Assembly: GCF_009914755.1 (NCBI RefSeq)
Contig: NC_060927.1
DNA length: 64,000 bases
Reading direction: 5' to 3' (one strand)
Source: the human T2T-CHM13v2.0 reference genome, Homo sapiens
In this document: positions 53,990 through 64,000 of the stretch, in pieces
Layout: the number at the start of each line of letters is the position of its first letter
How positions within the stretch are numbered: the first letter of the stretch is position 1
The notes under the pieces: model-generated
The model's input: the letters and a program-made list of their open reading frames with translations, nothing else
What the model was told of the DNA's origin: nothing
The model's database searches: none
Translations under genes and position numbers: made by a program

Positions 53990-55235
53990 GTCTTTATAGC
54001 ACCCAGAGTGATTCTAGGAAAAAGTAAAACTTGTCAGTCTTCTGCTCAGATCCCAGGATTGGGCTAAACTCTTCAACCCTTCCCCTTCCTCCTTCTCCCA
54101 GTCATTCTCTTTACCTCTCTCCTCTGAGGACATACAAGATACTGTCTACCTTGGGATTCTTTACTGCTGTTTCCTTTGCCTTGAATGATGTTTCCTGATG
54201 TATCCATATTCTTTTATTCAAATAGTTCACCATGAAGTCTTCCTCTGACTTGTCTCATCCTTTGAGGTTTTATTTAAGTATCACATTTTCAGTGAAGACT
54301 TCCCAGGCCATTCATTTTGAAATCTTCCCCTCCTCTCAACATACACAACTGTGTCCTCTCTCTGGCTTCCTTCATTGCTTCTCCTGAAAACATAACACTA
54401 TGTAAGAAAACACATTTTAACACTTAATTTTGTTTTGTTGTATATCTCTCCCACTGGTATGGAAGCTCCCTGAGGAGAGATTTCAAGTCATAGATTTCAA
54501 GTCATCATTTTCACTGCTGTAATAGCACCTTATAGAGTCACTAGTGCATAACAGGTGTTTGATAAATATGTGTTGAGTTAGTCAATGAAAGATCAACTTC
54601 ATCTCTCACTGCAGCTGCCCAGTGATGTCCAAACTCAGTTGGAATTTTGGGGGTTTTATGCCTTTTTCCATATCATTTCACCTGCTCGGAATGTGCTCAT
54701 CCTCCTTCTTCCTCCTCATCTATTTTCACTAGTCATAGTAGTCAAAATTATACATTTTGACATAGTAGTCAAAATTCTACTTATGTTTAAATTTCTTCCC
54801 TAAATGCCACCTCCTGACTGCTAATTTTTTCCTCTGGTTTTTGTACTGGGAGTGGCAACTTTCAATAGCATAAATCACATTCAACACTTTTCTCTCATGT
54901 CCCACATCAAATCTATAAAATCCCGTGGCTCTACCACCCAAATGGTTTTGGAATCTGTTATTTTCTTCCTATTTCCACCAATGCTATCCTATCCAGACTC
55001 CATCCTATGTCACAAAAGTATTACAATAACCTCCCATCCCACTTCTTAGACCGTCACTCCTTGCTGTTTCTCTTCAGCACAGCAGCCTGTGACCTTTTTA
55101 TGACATGATTCAGATCATGTCACTCCTCTATTCAAACCCTTTACTAAATTTCCATTTATCTAAGGATAAAATCCAAAGTCTCTCTTATGACCTAAAAGGA
55201 CCTAAATGACCTTCTACTCAACTACTTCTCTGATG
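53990..55235 (+). mobile_element. Cluster of L2 fragments
   Basis: 'ccagagtgattct', 'ggaagctccctgagg', 'gataaatatgtgttgagt', 'tcagatcatgtcactcctctattcaaaccct', 'ggataaaatccaaagtc'. Confidence 0.6.
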
Positions 55236-55748
55236 TAATGTTTCATGACATCTTGATCATAATGGTAGTGCCAAGAAATGGTTTTGTAGAATGTAAGGGC
55301 TTCATAAACATTTGTTTTATTTAGCAGGTAACAACTGTGTAAGCACTTACTATCGATATTATCTATTAAGCCACTAAGCAATCCTGTTAGAAAGGTGCTA
55401 TTATTATCTCCATTTTAAACATGATATACCTGAGGCTTAACATACTGCCTGGTATGAAATAAAAACATAAAAAAAACATAAAAACAAAAAAAAATAAAAA
55501 CATAAAAAAAACTTATTTTTATTAAAGTATAGAATATATCTCTTGACGTGTTATGCAGATAGATGGCAGATATATTTTACTTTTAAAAAAGATAATAGTG
55601 AAAAGAAGTGAAGTCAAATGTATAATAAAATTACAGAAATATAGAACATGGTAAAGTGTGGAATACTATTGGCAAAGATTTTATTCCAGTTTAGAAGGGC
55701 AAATTTATCTTAGAAAAAAGATAGCAGACTCATTTCTCATAAAATTGT

Positions 55749-56089
<341 letters not shown>

Positions 56090-56319
56090 TCAATTATATT
56101 TAGTGAATTTCAAAAGAGTAAAACAGACTTACACTGGTCATAATTGTTATAGCCTCAAATTAGAAGAAACAGAAACTCCAGCAAGTGAAAAGGAATAATA
56201 AATAGACAAACTTTGAATTTAAAATACATTTATATTATTTTATAAGGAAAACAAACTAGTATATTCCGGTGACATTTTTGGTTAACTCAGCTTTGTCAGC
56301 ATAATAATAATGAATGTTT

Positions 56320-56505
56320 ATTTGCTGCTTCCCAAGTGGCAAACACAGTTACAACCATTTTAAATGGACAATCTAATTTTGTTCACAATATCTCTAGAAA
56401 ATGTTATTATTATTTTTCCCATTTTACAGATGTGTAAATTAAATCATACTCTATTGAATCTCTTAGTTATTAAGTAGTAGAGCTAGGTTTCAAACACAGG
56501 GTCTT
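56320..56505 (-). mobile_element. MIR
   Basis: 'ttattattatttttcccattttacagatg..taagtagtagagctaggtttcaaacacagg'. Confidence 0.65.
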
Positions 56506-58703
56506 TTATCTCTACAGGTTAGACCCTTAAATCTAGGCTCCTCAGGATACTCAACGGATAAAAGATTAAACATGTTTCTATGAAGTATTGTTGCTACCCT
56601 TGTGAAGAGAACAGTAGAAGGGGTCTCTGTAGCTTTAAAATTGGTGCTATAAAACAGCTTACATTTCAGAGAAGTGCTCTCAAAAATTACACTTATTTTG
56701 TTAAAAAGTAAATTTAGCTATCTGAAGATCTGTAAAACTTAGCATATGTTCCATAGTGACACCAGTTAATTTCATTTCCGTCACCAGGAGTGCTCCGCAG
56801 GTATATTGTAAATTGCTATGAATTACTGTGGCTGTGACCCATTATCATAGCAGGAAATTGCATGAATCTCACAACTGATATGAAATATACTGCTGTCACT
56901 GTTATGCATTAATTTCTAAGTAGTTGGCCATTTGTAATAATTCTGTAAATGTCCATCTTAGCACAGTTTTCAGTCTAGACAAGTTAAGCCAATGTGCATG
57001 GAATTTTCCTCATTATCTTCAAGCAGTTATACTGAATTCTAAAATTACTTTTTTATTGGACAATTTCACCTTGAATATCTTTCCAAGAATTGGAAACATG
57101 CTAGTCTCATTGTCCTACTCTCTAATACTTAAGGGAAATTTACTCTATAAAAAGTAAAGCCATTTGGCTATATATGATTAGAAAGACAGAGTGAGAAAAT
57201 CTCTGATGAATGTCAACAGTGTATTTTTTTCTTTCTAACTTGTATTGAATATATTAATGATTTATTAGATTATTCTTAAATCATATTGACTCCCACTTTA
57301 CTGAGGTAATTTTCAGATAATGGTATACTTCATCACGATAGTTTTAAAAAGAACATTTTTGCAATAAGTGTCCTTTACATTATAAGTAAACATATTTCAC
57401 CATTTAAAAACCAAACCTTTACAATGCAAATTATACTTTTCTTCTCTTTTCTTTGATATTGACATTATTCTCCTCACAAGAAAGAAAATTCAAATAGCAC
57501 ACTTCATTGAAACTTCTTGACAATGGTGAATTATATGTTGTCTCCCTATGTTATACTTTATATTTTAGCATAACATATCTGTTTCGAGTCAATGCTTCTG
57601 GCTAGAAATTCTCTTCTTTGGTAAATCTTTGAATACTTTTAATAATTTTTGAATTTTTTTATTTCCACCCCACCATATCTCAGGTTTTCAGATGCTTTTT
57701 CCTTTATCTTCCAAAACTATTTTCACCCTCTATTTCAAAAATCTGAATTATAAATTTACTGACACATAGTTTCTAGAAATGTATACCTTCTTCTTTTTTC
57801 CTGTAAGTCTGTCATTGGTCTTATAGTTACTCAGTTAAGGATACTCTGACAGATAACTGTCTACATTACTGATTTTCTAAATCCAATGCCTCATGTAGCC
57901 AAAAGCACACTTCTGTCTGTACTTTGTATAATTTTGACATTTGGCACATTGCATGCCATTTAATTTTAGTAAATTAAAATAGGGCGCTTACTTGGTTTTA
58001 GGCACAGGGCTAGATGCTTGGGAGGGGAAGATGAACAAAACCAGAGACCATGGAGGGCAGCAAGACTAATGAATAGAGAAATGAGTGAGTGTGTTTTATA
58101 TAAAATAACAGTAGATATAACTGGTAGATATTATGTTCTATAAGAACAGCTATCCTGTCTATCTCTGTTATAACTGCATTATCAATGTAGAGCCTGATAC
58201 ACAATATTCAATAAACAAAAATTTGAATGTTCTTGAAAGGAGAAATGGAGTCTACATTGGACATTATTTCACAGAGAAAAATTAAAGATATCAATTTATT
58301 TATATACACGTACCTTGTCTCTTTTTGTTGATGCTGCATCTTTCAGCAGAAAGAAGAATCATTCTGAAATATGTTTTGGTATATCCAAAATTCTAAGATA
58401 AGCTGAGTTACTATCTTCACATGTAGATATTCACTGTGTGCATTCATAAGAAAAAAGAGCATCTCTTTATAATCTTTTTGGGAAATGTTCAGTATATAAT
58501 TGTTCAACAGAAGTCATCTTAAGAAGTCTTGCCTGGGTCTTTGCCATGGTCTTGCTAAAGCTCTTCTCTTTTTTATTCTTTATTGTACCAACTCCCAGTC
58601 CAGAGCTAACCATGCACCTCTCTTCAGTAGTTTCTCACTGTAGCAAATGAGGCAGAGACACATTGCACTGCCCAAATTGTTCCTGGCCTTACATTTCTAA
58701 GTA

Positions 58704-59939
58704 TGCCAGGGCCTTGAATAAGGTAGTTTTGTCCAATATCTTTCATTGTAACACTGATGAGAAATAAATGTAATTCACAGCCAGGGACACTGTCTGGAGT
58801 GTTCACATCGTCCCCATGGCTGCATGAGTTTTCCCTGGGTACTCTGTTTTTCTCCCATATCCCAAAGATGTGCCCGTTAGGTGAACTGGAATGTCTAAGT
58901 GTTCCCAGTCTGAGTGAGTATGGTCTGTGTGAGCGTGCCCTTCAATACCATAGCTTCCTGTCCAGGGCTGGCTCCTGCCTTGTGCCCTGAGCTGCTGGGA
59001 TAGGTTCCAGCCACCCCAGCCCTGAACTGGAATAAGCAGGTGTATTAGTCTGTTTTCACGTTGCTATAAAAACACTACCTAAGACTGGGTGATTTAAAAA
59101 GAAAAGAAGTTTAATTGGCTCATAGTTCTGCAAGCTGTACAGGAAGCATGGCTGAGGAGGCCTCAGGAAACTTACAATCATGGCAGAAGGCAAAAGGGAA
59201 GCCAGCATATCCTACATGGCTGGAGCAGGAGGAAGAAAGAGCAAAGAGGGAAGGTTTGCACACTTTCAAACAAGCAGATCTCATGAGAACTCCCTCAATA
59301 TCATGAAAACAGAAGGGGAAAATCCACCCCCATGGTCCAATCACCTCCCACCAGGTCCCTCCCCCAACGTTGGGGATTACCATTCACCGTGAGAGTTAGG
59401 TGGGGACACAGAGCCAACGGTTAGAAAAAGAATGAATGAATGAATGAATAAATGAATACAAATTATTTTAAAATAAAAATCTGTCATGTGTACAATAATC
59501 ATACAAATACATGGCATTAAATGAGGCAGTACTAAGGCACTCCACAAGCCACCATATTTGCCATGGTTTTTGAACTACACAGTGGGAGGAGGTGCTCCTT
59601 AAAGTGTTTACTTTGCAAATGTTCATTCCTAGATGTAACCCACTACCCATTCTGACCACTGTCTCGCAGCTATTCACCAAAAATTGGGTTAATAATCATC
59701 TTGTTTTCATGAATTTTTCTTAAATGAATCTGTATCTTACATTTATTTCCATGTTTAATATTAGAAGTGCTTCGAGTGTTTATTTAGAAATTTGGTGATG
59801 TTTTCATAACCAGAAATATGCCATGGGAAGTTAACTCTTGTTTATATCAATTAGCCCAGGGTAAAATTGGTTTTGTTATACATTGTTTAAAGTCACAGTT
59901 TCCAAGAATCTATCGAGGATGTTAAGTGTGAACTTCAAG
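58704..59939 (+). mobile_element. MER6 (TcMar-Tigger), near full length, split by MSTA
   Basis: 'ccttgaataa', 'cccaaagatgtgc.cgttaggtgaa', 'cctgaactggaataagc', 'ggaggtgctcctta', 'gtttccaagaa.ctatcga.gatgttaagtg'. Confidence 0.85.
59041..59417 (-). mobile_element. MSTA MaLR solo LTR
   Basis: 'tgtattagtctgttttcac.ttgctataaa', 'ggcctcaggaaacttacaatcatggcagaagg', 'cacctcccaccaggtccc', 'ggtggggacacagagccaa'. Confidence 0.92.
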
Positions 59940-60265
59940 TACTTGTCCACATATCCACAGCCCGCTGCCCTATATTCCAATTGTACTGGAACCCAGTTAC
60001 TTAAACAGGTTTTGTCCTCACATTTGCTAAGCCTGCTGACACTTTTTCTCCCTCTCTGTGTCCTCCTTAATTTTCACTTACAGAAGTTCCAATAATCTCA
60101 TATTTTCATTTCCGTATCCTTTTCCAGGACCTTCCTTCACATGATAATCTTTCCTTTCTCAATAACTCCTTGCAGTACCTCAAATACAGAACATATTGTC
60201 ATCTACTGTATGTGTTATGCCTCCTCCACCAGCATCAATTTCTGATAAGAAAAATCACATTTTGT

Positions 60266-60570
60266 GGCCAAGCGTGGTGTCTCACGCTTGTAATCTCAGC
60301 ACTTTGGGAGGCCGAGGCAGGCGGATCACTTGACGCCAGGGGTTAGAGACCAGCCTGGCCAACATGGCAAAACACCGTCTCTACTGAAAATAAAAAATAA
60401 ATAAATAAATAAATAAAAAGTAGCTGGGCATGGCGGTGCATGCCTGTAATCCCAGCTACTCCGGTGACTGAGGCAGGAGAATCACTTGAACCCAGGACGT
60501 GGAGGTTGCAGAGAACCGAGATCACCCTGCTGCACTCCAACCTGGATGACTGAGCGAGACTCTGTCTCAA

Positions 60571-60601
<31 letters not shown>

Positions 60602-60602
60602 T
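60266..60602 (+). mobile_element. AluS (Sz-like) with (TAAA)n linker and A/(TA)n tail
   Basis: Dimeric Alu; TSD gaaaaat(c/t)acatttt at 60249-60263 and 60603-60617. Confidence 0.92.
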
Positions 60603-61531
60603 GAAAAATTACATTTTACTTATCTTTTTACTATACACAATTTCTAATTTAAGCTTTGCACATATAAATATTTAATATGTCCATGTAAAATTGAATAAAA
60701 CTGCAATTATAAGGGCGTTTTCAAAAATCACAAATCACCACAGAAAATCACAGTAGAATGCTATCAAACTACAGCAAACTATAAAAATAGTAGCATGTCT
60801 AAAATCAATTGTCTTCTTCATACCAGTATAAATATGTGATTGAAAGTTATTTCCCCACACACTGTTTGCATGTTTTTGTAATACACCTACCTGTTTTGTC
60901 AGGTGTTCTACCACCAGATGTGAAATAGAACACTGTGAGGATTTACTTGGTTTGTTATAATATCTTATCATTCCTTGTAGGAGGTAGAAGATGAGGTTAT
61001 TCAGGTGAGCTTCTGTGTAAGGCATGCCTAGGCCCTGGCAAATCTGGAGTGAAAAACCAGATGGGATAAGGGCTGAACATGAGACCATGCTACAGAGACA
61101 GGGGAAGGACGACATTTTAGACGCAGTTTCTAAGGAGACTCAGAATTCACGGAAGCTGATATTGGAGCATCCTATCAGTTCAGGTAGAGTGCAGACGTTA
61201 AAAGTCCAGTTGGCCAAGGGATATATAGCATTAGTTCTCAGTGTTGGGGGTTAGAATGTTAGAATCACCTAGGTTTTTTTGGTTTTGTTTTTGTTGTTGT
61301 TGTTTTTTTTTTATCTGGGAAGCAGTATTTTAAAAAAGCTTCCTGGTTCCCTGCTTAGCCGGAATTAAAAAAAAAAAAACAAAACAAAACAAAACAAAAA
61401 TTACATAAAGGAATTAAACAGACTTAAAGGTATGAGACATTTGTCCAAAGGTGCGGTATCATTGCAACAGACCTGAGATCTCAGTACAGTAACCCTGAAT
61501 CCCAGCTGGGAGAAAAATAACTTAAAGCTCC

Positions 61532-61863
<332 letters not shown>

Positions 61864-62514
61864 TTAAAGCTCCTAGAAGAGTGGAGCTGAGGCTACTTCA
61901 GGTCTTCTCTCAGTCTAGGGGTATTAAGGAACTAGAAGACAGAGAAGAAAAACACAGACATCTATGAGCCCAGCTGCGAGGTTGCTGGGTAAAGCGGAGA
62001 CAGAAGGGACAACATACTCAAACTTTCTGGAGACATTGTGCCTTTAATAGCCTGTATCTTGTTAAAACCACAGAAAGTACTGAGGTATGCCCAATATTGG
62101 TGAGAATTCTAAGCAGGGATCTTACATGATTCTGTTCCTAGCTCTTCTCACTCTCTAAAATACTTTGTTGGCTTTCCTCATAATAATTCTGATTCTTTTA
62201 CATTTGTCTTTGTTTCCCAGATCTTTTCAGTATACTGTGCCAAACTGTGGATATTGGCTTTTCTATATTCCATAAGGCAATTCTAATACCATTACCAAAT
62301 TTCTGCTGAAAACTTAGGGGCTAAAGGTGGTTGGGTATGAATAGTAGCCATTATAATTAAGATAACTGTCCACATCTTCCCACATATGCCCTTTTCGGTC
62401 ATATTTGTCTTCGGATCCTGTCCCACATCTTGTTAATCATAGGGATTTTCCAACATCAAATCTCCATCTTCTGTCTTCCTGACTCCTCGGCCACAAATGT
62501 AATTCTCTGATTTG

Positions 62515-62541
62515 ACACACCACACACACACACACACACAC
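62515..62541. repeat. (CA)n microsatellite
   Basis: CA run with one interruption. Confidence 0.9.
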
Positions 62542-62640
62542 CCCAAACAAAAAAAAATTCTATTCCTCATTTGTCTCAACTATTTGACATTACTCTGATC
62601 TTTTTATAATATACCTTTAGAAATATATATCTGTGTGTAA

Positions 62641-62641
<1 letters not shown>

Positions 62642-62678
<37 letters not shown>
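62642..62678. repeat. (TG)n microsatellite
   Basis: Perfect TG run. Confidence 0.95.
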
Positions 62679-62682
<4 letters not shown>

Positions 62683-64000
62683 TTGAGACCAGAATGGGCT
62701 AAGGAAAACTACTTATGAATAAATAGAAATATAATGATTTTTGTAGATATATTTGTGCGTGACACTTGACAGTGACAGCCTTGCTGTAAGAGATTCTGCA
62801 TGCATGCTTAAAATGCTGCTGCCTGGTAAATGCCCAAATACTTCCAGGACGAAGACTGGATTTTGAAATGGCTATGAGTGTACAAGGGGAAATAAACATA
62901 AGAATAAAAAACGTGAGTGGAGAAAGGAATAACATGAACCGACTTAATATCACTTAAAATTACTGGGTGCAAGATTAATCATCATCAGCATTTTGTAAAG
63001 CGCAGAAATTGGTGTTTCTTATAAACCATTGAAATGCAAAAATAATGTAAATGTAACAATATTGCTGATGCATTTCCCTTATATTGTCATCCACAAATTT
63101 CTTAGAAACTGGTTTTAAGTCTTAAAAGGTAAATCATGACTATCTTGCAATCTTAATATTTTCCAAATTATATTAGCTTGTGCACTAAATTTATTGCAGC
63201 TTCTGTTTCTCTTAAAGGAAGTGTAAACTTCCTCCTCACCTTACTACCCCTTGTTAGCAAATAAATAAAAATGTTTTCTATGAAAGTAATTAATATCAAC
63301 AATAAATATAAATTCTTAATTACCATAATGATGATATACTAGCATAATAGTTATTAGGTAAATGCCAGTTAATTATTAAAATATATGTTTCCCTCAAAAA
63401 TATATGTTTGATTCAGTGACAAGGAACTGTGCTATCTAGAAAATATAAACTAAGAGCCTCCTTAGTATCTTATACTACCTTTGATGATGGAGAGGTTTGG
63501 TGTGGTTATTTTCAGAATGGACTGTCCAGTGGGAGAAAGTTTGGATGCATAGGTTTCTTATACTTGAAATGATCCAGAGAAAGATGAAAATACAAGGAAC
63601 CCTATGTGGTCTAATAATTAAAGCTTAAAGTCAAAATCTGGAAGCTAGGCTAAATATCAGAATTGTTTATTTTAATGAGTTAGAGGTTGAAAAAGTATTT
63701 TGAGCTCCTCTTTTGTTTGTATCCCCTTCTGCTGAAGCTGTTACTGGTGGATACCAATCACAGAGATTTCTTGAAAGCATTAAGAAAATGAAGAGAAAGA
63801 TGCTTTTCACCACCAAATTCTATGTTACCATTGCTATGTCTCCCTTTTTTTTTTCATCTCTGCCTTGAGACAATTTCTTTAGCAGGATAGAATCTCTGAT
63901 AAAATATAATGATAATATATAATGAATATTATACATTAGTTCTTACAGTAGAAAAATGAATGAAACATGGGCATTCTTTACATTTACAAAGCATGAGCAT

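Noticed and set aside
55457-55511. A-rich tract after AATAAA as a possible processed-pseudogene tail
   Set aside because: No TSD or upstream mRNA-like body; treated as low-complexity sequence
60735-61115. 126-aa minus-strand ORF
   Set aside because: No recognisable homology, splice context or coding-like composition

Overview
AT-rich, CpG-depleted, non-coding primate DNA, very probably human or another great ape, judged from AluJ/S/Y, L1PA, MSTA, MER6 and MER30 copies. I find no supportable protein-coding gene, RNA gene or CRISPR array. The only recognisable translation is a dead L1 ORF2 fragment (4464-4772). The other ORFs are short, often start at a non-ATG codon, and many come from Alus or low-complexity sequence. 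The window mixes interspersed repeats (Alu, L1, L2, MIR, MaLR/ERVL LTRs, Tigger/hAT fossils) with long unique stretches that look regulatory, possibly an intron of a large + strand gene that I cannot identify. The most unusual structure is at about 48.1-51.3 kb. A 5'-truncated AluY is fused to a ~99%-identical inverted 457-bp copy of DNA 1 kb upstream, and the composite appears inserted into a MIR. Beside it are an older ~130-bp locally templated insertion inside an MLT1 LTR and a 37-bp serial-slippage duplication. I see no evidence of a new multi-gene biological system. Repeat subfamily names come from recalled consensus sequences, and boundaries of old repeats are approximate.
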